64,000 nt of DNA, taken from Octopus sinensis (lineage: Eukaryota). The position numbers and the translations under genes were made by a program. Each line of letters opens with the position of its first letter. The stretch's first letter is position 1. Below the pieces are notes generated by a model, which had not been told where the DNA came from, did no database searches, and saw only the letters and a list, made by a program, of their open reading frames with translations. This document shows, piece after piece, positions 12,845 to 26,244 of the stretch. The stretch lies in contig NC_043019.1 of NCBI RefSeq assembly GCF_006345805.1, positions 13,763,360 through 13,827,359 of the forward strand. The letters are read 5' to 3'.

Positions 12845-13195
12845 TATTATTATTATTATCACAATCTCTTCAGGTCGAAGGGAAAAACAAAGATATAACT
12901 GCATGTCTAAAAGTTTGTGCTTGAATCAATTAATCTAGCTAATTAAGACTATTTCCTCTAACAGATTCTGCTTGTCAGTTTTTCCTATCAGATATTACCG
13001 AGGTCGAATCCGTGTGTCGCAAAGGGAAAAGTTTAATTGTTCCACAGAAAATATGCTTGTTAGGTTACATGGCCAACTACACTGACCAGATCACAGAAGC
13101 TGTCCAGTTTATCCGTGTAGCTGTCTGTCTCCCCACCCACCCCACGCGCTTTCTGTCCCTACTCCTTTTCCCGCTCTCTTTCTCTCTCCCTCTTG

Positions 13196-13233
<38 letters not shown>

Positions 13234-14269
13234 TGCTCTTACGCATACACACACAAACACACACATACACGCTCAGAACACGGCATGGAAGCTGACTGTC
13301 CTTAAAACATCTTCTAGATAATGAAGGCAAACTTTAGTTCTGGATGCACCAAAGTGTTGGGAGAGAAATTTCATACACTGAAGTCTGTCAGTGAGACCAT
13401 TCCAATTCTTAGTTTGGTTTATAAATAGTGTATTTGACCGAGCAGCATACTCTATGCATTAAAGCAGACGTATATATTTTCATAATTATTTTAGCCATTT
13501 GACTGTGGCCATATTGTGGTACTACCACGAAGAGTCTTGTTGGACAAATCGACCCCAATACTTATTTTTAAGCCTGGCATTAATTCGACCGCTGTCTTTT
13601 GCCGAAACACTAAGTTGCATGGCTATAAGCAAACCTACACCGGTTCTGGAGCAGTGGTAAAAGACACAAAACAGATGCACACAGATATGAATACGGGCTT
13701 GTACACAGTTTCCGGTGACCAAATACACTCATAAACAACTTGGTCGGAAGAAAGGTACAAGAAGTCATTTACCTACTTCAACGGTCCGTGCTGTAGAACC
13801 GAACCCGATAGCATGCGGTTGCGAAGTGAGCTAGTTAACCACTCAGCCAACCACGTTTCTAATGTGAAATACGAGCTTTACATAAATAAATTTGCGACAA
13901 AATTTGGGCTAAACTGTCGCAAAGAGGGATCGAAACAGCTACCCATGATATTACCCTCGTATTCACCGTATTTCTATACTGCTTACTCCAGTCAATTGAA
14001 ATGTTAAATCTACGAGAATATTCTCATACGCCACCCGGTGTATGTGTCAAGCTGGTTAAAAACACAACTTTTACACATAAAATGATACATAAACATTTTT
14101 TTCTGCCACATTAAACACAATATGATTGATGTTTAATAACGTAACTTTATCATGTATCTAGAGGTTGCCGTTTATCACGCAATTGATCATTTTAATACGA
14201 TCTTGTTCTCATTCCTCCCCAAAATTCCTCTCTCTTTCCCATCCACAACATATCTCTCCCTCTTTTGGT

Positions 14270-14381
14270 GTGTGTATATATATATATGTATGTATATATA
14301 TATATACATATACACGCACATATATTTTATGTATATATATATATACACTTAATATACACGCACACATATATAAGCATAATG

Positions 14382-14423
<42 letters not shown>

Positions 14424-14618
14424 CATATATATTTTATATATATGTATATATATATATATATGTATATTAATATATATATATATATGTGGTATATATATAT
14501 AATAATATATATATATATACAGATATATATTCATATATATACTATATATATGTATATATATATATATATATACAAATATATATATATATGTATATATATA
14601 TATATGTATATATATATA

Positions 14619-14649
<31 letters not shown>

Positions 14650-14840
14650 TGTTCGTGTTCCTGTACAGACTCAACGCAAACAATCGTTTGGATACACGTA
14701 CACATATATTCATATGCATTTCGAGTGTCTAACCAGTATATTTTTTTTGTTGTTAGTGAATTATTATAAATACTATAAATAATAATAATAATAATAATAT
14801 AATAATAAAATATAATGATGATAAGATAAGAATAATAATA

Positions 14841-14872
<32 letters not shown>

Positions 14873-14900
14873 GTAATATAATAATAATAATAATATTATG

Positions 14901-14934
<34 letters not shown>

Positions 14935-14950
14935 CAACAACAATAATAAG
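14270..14950. repeat. (TA)n and (AAT)n microsatellites
   Basis: Direct inspection. Confidence 0.95.
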
Positions 14951-15285
14951 TAAAAATAAGTATGTTTTTCATAGTCATTGAGTTCTCGGCTGAAAATTGT
15001 TTGCGCAAGAAATATTTTTTCTATTGTAGCTTAAAGAGATTTTACTCCCGTTTATTTTTCATATCATTATGCTCAATTTATTATTATGGTCAAATTATTT
15101 TAACCAGAGAATGCTGCAGTGTTTGAATTTTACGAGTTTTCTGCTGCTATCTATATTCCGCGTATCACAGATCTATCGATGGCTTACTCGGGAGAACGTC
15201 TGCTTGTGCGCCATTCATCTACTGATCTAGCCCTCCGATGACGGCTGCTCTCTGCTTTCTCCAAAAACTGCCATGAATATTACTA

Positions 15286-15346
15286 GTTGTCAGCTTCAAT
15301 CAAGAGCTCCTCTCATCGGATAATAATAATAATATTTATATAATTT

Positions 15347-15388
<42 letters not shown>

Positions 15389-15540
15389 ATATATATAGTT
15401 GAATAAAATTTAAGTAAAATCTACTGCTGTTACTATTTATAGTTGTCGGCCTTCAAAAAGAAAGCAGCTACTCTCATCGGATAATAATAATAATATTTAT
15501 ATAATTTTAAATATATATACACAGTTGAATAAAATTCGAG
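15286..15540 (+). repeat. Local direct duplication (ctctcatcggataataataataatatttatataattttaaatatatata ... agttgaataaaatt)
   Basis: Two copies starting near 15308 and 15470. Confidence 0.8.
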
Positions 15541-16011
15541 TGAAAAATATTTCAATATGCTATACAAAGCTCGTCCACTGATTTGGGTATTCGTTCTTGT
15601 TGTATAAAGCGAAATAAGAGTCTGGTAATACGAAGGACTTATTCAAAATACTCAGCTGAAGACATACACTGTTTACACGTTTGATAGACACCTTTCAGGG
15701 ATAACTATGATGGTAGTCATTACGTAATATGGTGATTATATCATCTCACCAACGTACTAACGGTGTGACGACATATGATAGCGATTATAGTGACTGGAAA
15801 TAAAGAGTGTTAATCCATTTTCTCTATGTCTAATATATATATATATAATGTATGTATGCCTAGTACTTATTCTATCAGTTCTTTTGGCGAACCGCTTCGT
15901 TACGGGAACATAAACATAACATCGGTTGTCAGGTGATCATGGGGAAAACACAGAAACAAATACACACACTCACATATATATATATATACAACGGGCTTCT
16001 TTCAGTTTCTG

Positions 16012-16092
<81 letters not shown>

Positions 16093-16337
16093 ATATATAT
16101 ATATAAATGTATGTATGCATGTATGTATGTATGTATGTATGTATGTATGTATGTATGTATTATATATATAATAGAATGAGAGAGGGGAGAGAGAGATTAT
16201 GATAGGTAATGGTGTGAATAAGACCCTAAGTGCTATGGACAAATCATAGTTAAGCTCCATGTTCGGTGATTATGCGAAAAAGGAGTCCAACGTAGGTAAT
16301 AAATCAGCATTTGTGTGTATATAAAACAAAAAATTAA

Positions 16338-16782
16338 CAGAATGAGATAAAAATCCAAGGCTGTGAAAGATTTTAGAACATTTATGTATAGAAGGCCTTA
16401 CAGCTGTTTCCGGGAAATTTATATACCCCTTTATCGGAGACGGTGTGAGAAAATGATTAAGCAATAGTTAATTTAGATACGATATGAAATAGAGTGAAGT
16501 GGAGGAAGGAAAATAGATCTGAGATATGTAGGGATATTGCATCTGTAGATCCATTATTTAGGCAGAATGGTATACATGTAAGATTCCACATATCTCACAT
16601 CTATTTTCATTCCTCCATTTCACTTTCTATTTCATATCTTATCTAAATTAACTATAGCTTAACCATTTTCTCACACCGTCTCCGATGAAGGTATATATAA
16701 AATATCCCGGAAACAGCTGTAAGGCCTTCTTTTTATAAATGTTCTGAAATCGTTCACGGCCTTGGATTTTTATCTCATTCTG
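16338..16782. mobile_element. Long palindrome (~190-bp arms, ~58-bp spacer), PLE-like, one hammerhead-like motif per arm
   Basis: 16338-16529 is the reverse complement of 16588-16782. The right arm reads gtct-CCGATGA-AGG...CCCG-GAAACAGCTGT-A-AGGC. Confidence 0.75.
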
Positions 16783-16801
16783 AAAAAACATTTTTATATA
16801 T

Positions 16802-17160
16802 ATGTTTTCGGTGCGAATGGTTTTGTTATACGGTTTCGTGTTTTACAATCCTGTAAATAATATATATATATATAATCTTAAAGCATATGGCGATCAGCGT
16901 GCAATGACTAAGGAAAATAATCTAATAAAGGGGCATTTAAGCCCACGACGTTGGATGTGAGTTCGAGTCCCACGCGGATAGGAAGGATCTCTTTTTTCTG
17001 TCGAGGGCTTATATGCTCCTTTGTTAGACTATTTTCCTTAGTCATTGCACGGTGATCGCCATAACCTTTAAGCTTATATAAAAATACCATTATTATTATT
17101 TACAGGATTGTAAAAACGGTGCCGTAATAAAAAAAAAATCATTCGCACCGAAAGCATATA
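16802..17160. repeat. Second long palindrome (~360 bp) with a B-box-containing 50-bp spacer
   Basis: 16887-16949 versus 17000-17062 and the outer arms ttttcggtgcgaatg / cattcgcaccgaaag are inverted. Confidence 0.8.
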
Positions 17161-17221
17161 GAAAATTTGTTTACATAAAACAATTAACTTATATAGTTCA
17201 TAAATTTGGCAGGAACTGGGA

Positions 17222-17400
17222 GGCTAATTCGCTGGTGTAAAGGTAACACACTGATTGGCGTTAACAGATGGATGTGGGTTCGAGCCCCACGCGGGTAGGA
17301 AAGCATTTTTATGTCTCTCGAGGGCTTATATACTCCTTTATTAGACTATTTTCCTTAGCCATTGTACGGTGATCGACATTAGCCTTAAGCTTATATCAGT
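17222..17400 (+). mobile_element. tRNA-like head plus body (SINE-like or tRNA pseudogene) homologous to the preceding palindrome
   Basis: D-stem GTGT/ACAC and T-arm GTGGG-TTCGAGC-CCCAC are present; acceptor and anticodon stems are imperfect. The body repeats 16950-17075. Confidence 0.6.
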
Positions 17401-17948
17401 ACCATGTTTATATAGAAGTATATATATATATAATAAGAAGGGGTTTTTTTTGTGTTAATTGTCCTGTACTCCATTTTTTTGTTGTTTTTAAAATAATGTC
17501 CAGTTCCTTTGGTTTGTGTCTATGTTTTCGTTTCTCTTTGTGTTCGACGTCCCTTTGGTGTCCTGTACTCATATATGCGTGTATATGTACATGTAGAGGT
17601 AGGTATGTACATATATGTTTATATATATGCATATGTTTTATTTCATTTATTAATATATATATATATATATATATTATATATGTGCAAAGTGGTATATATA
17701 GAGAGAGCGAGGGAAAGAGAGTGAGAGGGGAAATTCATACGGATATAAGGCTGTGGTTATGTCAGTGTGCATATGTCATATATATGTATATATATTTGTG
17801 GGTGTCTTGTGTATGTGTGTGTGTGTGTATTTGTATGCTGTATACAAATGCATATAAAAATACGTACCGTCCAAGCAAGAAGGTATACTTCAAAGCGTCA
17901 ACCTACACCTATACATATACAAACACACAATATGAATATAAGCCCTAT

Positions 17949-17997
<49 letters not shown>

Positions 17998-18083
17998 TGA
18001 CATATGCACACTGACATAACCACAGCCTTATATCCGTATGAATTTCCCCTCTCACTCTCTTTCCCTCGCTCTCTCTCTCTCTA

Positions 18084-18135
<52 letters not shown>

Positions 18136-18390
18136 ATAATATATTTGCTATACCATAATACGTCCTTTCTTCTCGTTTTTCCAGCTGCTTTGTATTTTTT
18201 ATCTCCCTTTGTCTTCCTTCCTCCATCTTTCTCTCTCCCTTTCTGTTCATATCTGTATCTCGCCCTTTTATAAATATCCTTCAAATACCATTCAAATAAC
18301 CTACTGATTGAGCTGGCATTCACCTTTGTTCATGTGTTTAATCTACTATTATATTATGTTCTCAGCTTCTTCTTTTTTTATATATACATT

Positions 18391-18434
<44 letters not shown>

Positions 18435-18709
18435 ATATATATATATATATATTCGCTCATGCATATATAGATATATGTGTGTGTTTATAGGTATATGTAT
18501 ATGTTTTTCACGATAACAGTGTCGTTTTTATTGTCAAGTTGAATATTTAGCTGTTAATTTCTGCACAATTGAATCGCTTTGCAAGTGATGCATGTTAAAC
18601 GGCATCGAGCGGGAGAATTGAAAGCCATATTGGGAACAAATGTCTTAATGGTTGCAGGTAGAGAGAGACAGAGAAAGAGAACGGGAGGAAGCGGGAGAGG
18701 AGGGAGAAA

Positions 18710-18740
<31 letters not shown>

Positions 18741-18844
18741 TGAAAGAAAGAGAGAAAGGCGAAACAGTGAAAGAGAAACAATGTAGATAATGCTTTGGGT
18801 ATACAATAAAGAAAACTATGAAACTGTTATATATATATACATAT

Positions 18845-18875
<31 letters not shown>

Positions 18876-18911
18876 TAACAGTTTTATAGTTTCTTGTATG
18901 TATTCATACAC

Positions 18912-18950
<39 letters not shown>

Positions 18951-18975
18951 TATACTTTATACATAGATATATACG

Positions 18976-19006
<31 letters not shown>

Positions 19007-19123
19007 ATACGCACATATATATATATGTGCATGTGTGTATATATGTTTTGTGTGTCTTTGTGTATGTTTGTGTGCGTGTATGCACATACGTAACTTAGAT
19101 ATATACATACAAAGATGTATATA

Positions 19124-19182
<59 letters not shown>

Positions 19183-19989
19183 GTACATACATATATATAT
19201 ATGTATATATGTATATATATATACAACATCCATAAATATATATTATATGTATATATATCTTATAATTATATATTATATATATATATCTACACACACATGT
19301 ATATGGGAGATATTTATCCGGTCACTCGTGAAATTCGTGAAAGGTGTGAAAGTTATCAGTTTGGTTTTAAAGATAAACGATACAGTCGATATTCGCCATT
19401 ACTTTCAATACCAGAACAACATTTGAAAAGCTCATTTAAAAGTCGATGCTAAAAGTTTTAACAAAATCTGCTGATATAATGAACATGCGAAGTGGTAGAA
19501 ATAGTTAACGAATCGAGAGATAGATAAAGAGAGAGAGAGAGATATTTTAACACACACGGTCATCCAGATTAATTGTTGTATAAGTATTAACATAACTGTG
19601 TATATACGCCTACTATAGGTATTATGTTTCCTTGGGTCACCTCTTATCCAGGAGACCTGTGTTGAAAGATCGATATCCTAGCCAAGACCATCTATTTTAT
19701 TCAGATATGATATGATTTCCATATTATATTCTCCCTTTAAGACTGTATTACTTCCCTTTGAGATTCGGGGGATGTAGTTATTATTTTTAAGATATGAGTT
19801 GTTCGTATCTTTTCCAATGTTATTAACAGTCCAAGTAATGGACTATATTCATACCTAGAAAGAAATAATGGATTTAAAACCATTTTGTTGCTGTTGGTCA
19901 CAAGCGACCATCAACGTGATCAACAGCCGCGTTAATTGCGAGTTTGCAGTCTTAAAAAGACTTAGAGATGCTGTTCAAGTTGGGGTCTC

Positions 19990-20400
19990 ATACACAGCAG
20001 TGGTCAACGTTTCGGGTTTTGAGATCCCTGATTTTCCCTGTTTTACACGTTAGTTGTGAGATTTGAACATCGTCCGGAGCACTTTGGAGTGTCTTCACTT
20101 CCTCCGGTGTAAGGACGCTTCGCAGGGTAACAGGATCATGGCTTACCATTGGTCGGATTTCGTATCCAACCAACGACTATCTTTAGAAACTGAGACACGT
20201 CCTGTTACTTGTATGGTTCTGAGAAGGACTCTATGTACCATGTTCTGTTCTCTGAGAATCCAGCTAGAGTGACGATCTGAATCGGGCCTGCCACATGCCA
20301 CACGGTCACAAAAGACCAGGAAGGGTCTCTCAGAGATGGAGACTGACTGAGATCCTGCTCAGAGGATTATCCAGGACGACCGAAGCAAATATCAACAGAT
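19990..20400 (+). mobile_element. Degenerate RTE-like LINE, post-RT region
   Basis: Broken frames give FRVLRSLIFPVLHVSCEI*T...RTLRRV and RIMAYHWSDFVSNQRLSLETETRPVTCMV, matching the RTE-type LPVLLYGCETWT...RRIxGYRWxDFVSN pattern. Confidence 0.65.
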
Positions 20401-21794
20401 AATGGATGCAGCGACGCACTGCAATGGCGCATGCTTCCGTACTCGATCTGACAGTCATGTGGTCCTGCGGTCCACGAATCAGAACATTAGTTTTAAAACA
20501 TGGAGGCAAGGAAAGGATATTTTGTTAGACAGGGAGCACAATCAATACCCTTCTCCCCAGTGTTTATTTCTCTAAAACTTAGTGAGTTTATACAAATCAA
20601 GACTGGTATTCCTTTTAGCTTACTGCTTCCATATGCGGCACTGTACTATAATCTAACGAACGCTAGTTGTCAAGAGGCGCTGCGGTTCACTCAAACGCAC
20701 ACACAAATACCTATATATATTGATACATACATACAATGGGCTCCCACAACTTGTATCTACCAAATTCACTCACCAGGCATTAATCGGTCCCGGGCTTATA
20801 GTAGAATATATATTTCCTCGCAGTGGGACTCAAAACGAAACCTCCAAAACGAAGCCTCCAAATCACACAAACATATCTGCGTCTTCCTGTTCGAAAGAGA
20901 TTTTGTGATGTTACTGTCTAAGCAGAATTAACAGTCAAAGCGATCAAAACGATCTCAACCTGGTTCAGGTCACTTGTGACATCTCTCATGATTGTTACTG
21001 GGAACATGGAATCCAGTACAACCTGTTGCATGGTCGGGTATCCTCGTCGACTAAACCGGCACACTCAGAAGGCTTGCCTGATAAGGGTGGGGCTTGCTTG
21101 AAACCCAGCACGACTTAATATCAGACCTGTGAAGGGGGATAGTGTAAGTTCAACGACTATTTAGCAATAGCATAGGTCTTAAGACATTGGTGTTCTGCGT
21201 GTTGGAAGACCACTAGGAGAGAGGTACTCCTTAGCTTTTCTTGAAGCACGTCACTAAAATCTGCTTCAAATCCATTTTACGTCTGCTCCGATAATCGGCA
21301 GTGATTTAATTAGGGAATCATCTGCGACGGTGAATAAACGACGGCAAGATGAGCTGCAATAGATCACACTATCCCGAAACGTGTACACATGTGACCAGGG
21401 GCCACATGTAAACCTATATTCCCACTGAAACACCTAACATAAACTTCGGAGCCGACTCAACACACGCCAGGCGAGTGCTGCTGCGTGTACAAGTACAAAT
21501 GGTTTCAAGCGGAGTTAAAATTATACTAAGAGAGTAATATTGGAATCTATTATTCGCATAAAGGCCACAGAATTATATATTAGGTACGTGAGTGGATCAA
21601 ATCTAGTTGGTAATTATTTTATCATATAAACTGTTAAATAGATCTCGATTCGTGATAGACACTTCGTTTAATTTCCCTGCTGAGACTGTCTCTGTCTGTG
21701 TTAGGTCATAATTTTAAATGCCATACACATATAAACACATGTGTGTTTTTGTGTATATGTGTGTCCGTGTGTGTACATATATATATATCATATA

Positions 21795-21827
<33 letters not shown>

Positions 21828-21904
21828 CAATCTTAGTTACAAATCACAGCTGAATTACATACATCCATATATGTGTGTGTGTGCCTCACTCTATATAGAT
21901 ATAT

Positions 21905-21935
<31 letters not shown>

Positions 21936-21968
21936 AATATATATATATAATATATATAGATATATATA

Positions 21969-22002
<34 letters not shown>

Positions 22003-23222
22003 CACATATATATGCATACATACATGCATATACATCAGTGAGTGTGTGGGCAGTTCATGTCGCCATACGCTTAAACAGACTAGAGGCAACTCAATCTGTA
22101 CTTAAAAGATATTAAAATAAAAATCTAATTAAAAATTGCTCCAGACATTAATTAATATTTTATACATCTAATTCTCAACTGTATTGAAGAAAAGAGTAAT
22201 GTTATGCACGCTTATATCCGACATTTGTTTTATCAGATTTTTTTTTTACTCTCTTCAGAACGTTCGTAATGATATGTGTAAAAAAAAAACAAAAAAAAAA
22301 GGCAAGTGAGAGAGTAATTAGTTTCACAGTAAATAACTGTAAGTTGCTAACATTGTTGGGTGCTCACCGTTTAATTGAAGTTCCTATGAAAATTCACTTA
22401 AGAAGTAGTACATTTGGAGTTTATTTAAAACTATATATAAATCATTCTGCCAACAGTGTGCTCGATACTTCATCATTGCTGTCTCAGTAAAAACCGATGC
22501 ATATTAACGTACGTAGTAGACTTACAAACATATAGATTTCTCCGTATATAGGAAAGCTGATGAACAACCTTATTCGATTTTCGATACTTATTGGGGTCTC
22601 GTCAGTGATGTGTACATCACTTGGTGAATCGCAGAGAAGCAAGCTGTCGATCTTTATGCATTATCTGTTATCTTTTATTTGGTTCACTTCCTAGAGAGCG
22701 GCTTTGTTGAGGCACCGCATTCAAGAATTTTGGCCGAACGAATTGACCCTAGTACTTATTAATTTTTAAGCCTGATAATTTTTGTATTGGTATCTTTTGA
22801 CGAACCACTCTATCACTGGGAGGTGATACCAGCACCGGCTATCAAATGATGGTTGGGGAAAACACATACACAAAGACACTCGCACACATATTTATATGAT
22901 ACATACATACATAAACACACACACGCACATATATACATAAAGAATAAGGAGAAAATTATTTATTAATCATAATATATAACATCTCTGACAGCTGTTTCGA
23001 TTCAGAAATCTTTAGGTAATTTGTAACATTAAAATCATTATACGATGAATCTCTTGAATTAAACTTTATAACTTTAAGTTTTTGTATTGCAGTATTATAG
23101 ATAAGTATCATATTATATGACATTATCATATATTTATATATACATGCGTTTTTCATCATATTGATCTCTTTTCTTTATATTTAAGACACAGAATATACAC
23201 TACATGCTCCCTCTATGTTGGA

Positions 23223-23448
23223 TTACTCTTTTACTCTTTTACTTGTTTCAGTCATTTGACTGCGGCCATGCTGGAGCACCGCCTTTAGTCGAGCAAATCG
23301 ACCCCGGGACTTATTCTTTGTAAGCCCAGTACTTATTCTATCGGTCTCTTTTTGCCGAACCGCTAAGTGACGGGGACGTAAACACACCAGCATCGGTTGT
23401 GAGGCAATGCTTGGGGGACAAACACAGACACAAACACACCACACACAC

Positions 23449-23510
<62 letters not shown>

Positions 23511-23673
23511 TACGACAGGCTTCTTTCAGTTCCGTCTACCAATCCACTCACAAGGCATTGGTCGGCCCGGGGCTATAGCAGAAGACACTTGCCCAAGATG
23601 CCACGCAGTGGGACTGAACCCGAACCATGTGGTTGGTTAGCAAGCTACTTACCACACAGCCACTCCTGCGCCT
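23223..23673 (-). mobile_element. SINE-A, full length
   Basis: Near-consensus head, body and tail, with an expanded internal (TA)n. Confidence 0.92.
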
Positions 23674-24005
23674 GTGAAATTATTATTAAATATTTATAAA
23701 TACATTTGCTTTTCTGCTTCCATTTTCCTTTTCTTTTTCTCCTTCTCTGTACCCTATGATATTATATTAATCTCTTCTTTCCTTTCTTTCAGACATATAA
23801 CATATTCTAACTTCTCCCCCTATGTTAGATAGAGTCCTATAACTAGTTCTGATCTTTGAGACTTCAAGTAACATTCACTCCGACTTAGTAGTAACTTGGT
23901 AAAGTGAATTCTACAATAGCCTCGGGTCGCCCAAATCCTTGCGAGAAAATTTAGTAGACAGAAACTGAAAGATGCCCGTTGCTTATATAGATATACATAC
24001 TTATA

Positions 24006-24061
<56 letters not shown>

Positions 24062-24129
24062 TATATATATATGTATGTATATATATATGTATATTATATA
24101 TATAAATGTATATATATATATATTGTTAT

Positions 24130-24203
<74 letters not shown>

Positions 24204-24241
24204 ATATAATATATATTATATATATATGTATGCTTCTGTTT

Positions 24242-24592
24242 GCACGGGAAACCTGCCCTGTGTGGCGTGTTTCCCGATTTGTAATTTGTTCTCGGCTTTC
24301 TAAGCCATTTCTGTTTTGAGCATGGCGACTTCAAGCCATGAAGTCGTCGGTGAAAAGGTCACTGGTCTCCTTGACAACGCTTACGACGTTGCGTTCCCTA
24401 CCCTGCCTTCCCCACAGCTTCATGAAGGAGGGAGGAAGGGGGAGAAGCAACACAGGTGCAGGTGTGAGCATGGACGCCAACTCCGCCACCGACACACGAA
24501 CAAATTGTAAACCCGCAGACGACAGCTTCACAGTCGACCATTTACTACGAGCTGGCATATTATATGCCAGTTCGTGGCCAGGTTGCAATTCA
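24242..24592 (+). mobile_element. Unclassified ~350-bp repeat D, copy 1 (others at 25188-25530, 25876-26225 and inverted 26365-26505)
   Basis: Shared gacttcaagccatgaagtcg...cagcttcatgaaggagggaggaagggg...acgagctg.catat.atatgccagttc. Confidence 0.8.
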
Positions 24593-24713
24593 TAGGCATG
24601 AGAGAAAAGTTTCTCTCTTATTTATCTCGGGTACAACTTATAAACAAGGGCTAAAGAAAATTGAAATAATTTTCTTTAGACGTTGTTTATAAGTTGTTTA
24701 TAATTTTTAACCT

Positions 24714-25145
24714 GGATCTTTTCGGTTTGACCGGCAGTTTTTAACATAATTTCTAGGTAACTAAAAAATTTTAAACTTCGTATACTGGTAGAATGTGTTT
24801 ATAAAACATGTTTTTCTCTTGGCTTCATTGAGAAAATTCTATAGTTTGTAAGATACTTGTTGTTATTTTTCTTCAATTTCTGCAATTTCAACCAATCAAT
24901 GACGTCCATTGAGGTAAAAAACATTCCTTGCCGTATAAATACGTCCCTCGTTTAAGAAACATTGGGTTTATTTACATTTGTGAAGAAAAAAATGATACCC
25001 TTCCCCTACCCCTGGCCCAACCCTAACTCTAACCCTAACCCCAAAACAGATTGATATGCACTAGATCGATACTAGGGTCATAATTACGGGTGACAATTTC
25101 ATATGACACCGCTAGAAAAAACTGCCGTTCAAACCGAAAAGATCC
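24714..25145. mobile_element. MITE-like element with ~29-bp TIRs and internal CCCTAA-like repeats
   Basis: ggatcttttcggtttgaccggcagttttt ... aaaaactgccgttcaaaccgaaaagatcc. A diverged partial copy lies at about 26655-26870. Confidence 0.75.
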
Positions 25146-26244
25146 AAGTTGTCCAACAACTAATACATTCGGTTGTGCAAATTCTTCACACGGGAAACCT
25201 GCCCTGTGTAGCGTGTTTCCCGATTTTGAAAAATTTGTTGTCGGCTTTCTAAGCCATTTCTGTTTTGAAGCATGGCGACTTCAAGCCATGAAGTCGTTGG
25301 CGAAAGGAACGCCGGTTTCCTTGACAACGTTTACGACGTTGATTTCCCTACCCTGCCTTCCCCACAGCTTCATGAAGGAGGGAGGAAGGGGGAGAAGCAA
25401 CACAGGACGCCAACTCCGCCACCGACACACGAACAAATTGGAAGAACCCAGACGATAGCTTCACAATCAACTACGAGCTGCCATATTATATGCCAGTTCG
25501 CGGCCAGGCTACTCACTTATTTATCTCGGGTTCCTTCTTCTCATTCATATTTGAATATATATATATATTTATATAATTATATATATATATATATATATAT
25601 ATAATTATTATTATTTGAGGGAATAAAATCCAAAACTTACAGGGGAAAAAATAAAATTTAGACATACTAAATCAAATTCCACACAATATAATATATGAAA
25701 AATTAGAAAAAAACCCACCTTTAATCAATTCAAAACGAACACTTAAATTACACCATCTAGAAAATTACATATAAGAGAAATATTAAAATCAAAATAACAA
25801 TAAAATGTCAATGATTAAGTAAATTGCAAAAAAAAAAAAAAATGATAAAAACGTGTATAATTTGTAATTTGTATATGTGTGGCGTGTTTCCCGATTTTGT
25901 AAATTTGTTGTCGGCTTTCTAAACCATTTCTGTTTTAGCGACTTCAAGCCATGAAGTCGTCGGTCGAAAGGTACGTCGGTCTCCTTGACAACGCTGACGA
26001 CGTTGATTTCCCTACACTGCCTTCCCCACAGCTTCATGAAGGAGGGAGGAAGGGGAGAGGCAACACAGGTGCAAGTGTGAGCATGGACGCCAACTCCGCC
26101 ACCGACACACGAAAAATTGGAAGCACCCAGACGACAGCTTCACAGTCAACTACGAGCTGCCATATATATGCCAGTTCATATCCAGGCTTCTCACTTATTT
26201 ATCTCGGGTTCCTTCTCATTCATATTTAAATATATATGTATTTA

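Noticed and set aside
15285-15485. CCGATGA motifs (minus strand) in the duplicated segment
   Set aside because: The downstream GAAG is not followed by a pairing helix III/I.
22985-23020. Hammerhead-like GAAACAGCTGTC on the minus strand
   Set aside because: The core is CTAAAGA and helix I does not pair; at most a decayed relic.
25015-25045. Telomere-like CCCTAA repeats
   Set aside because: Only about three imperfect units, inside a TIR-bounded MITE.
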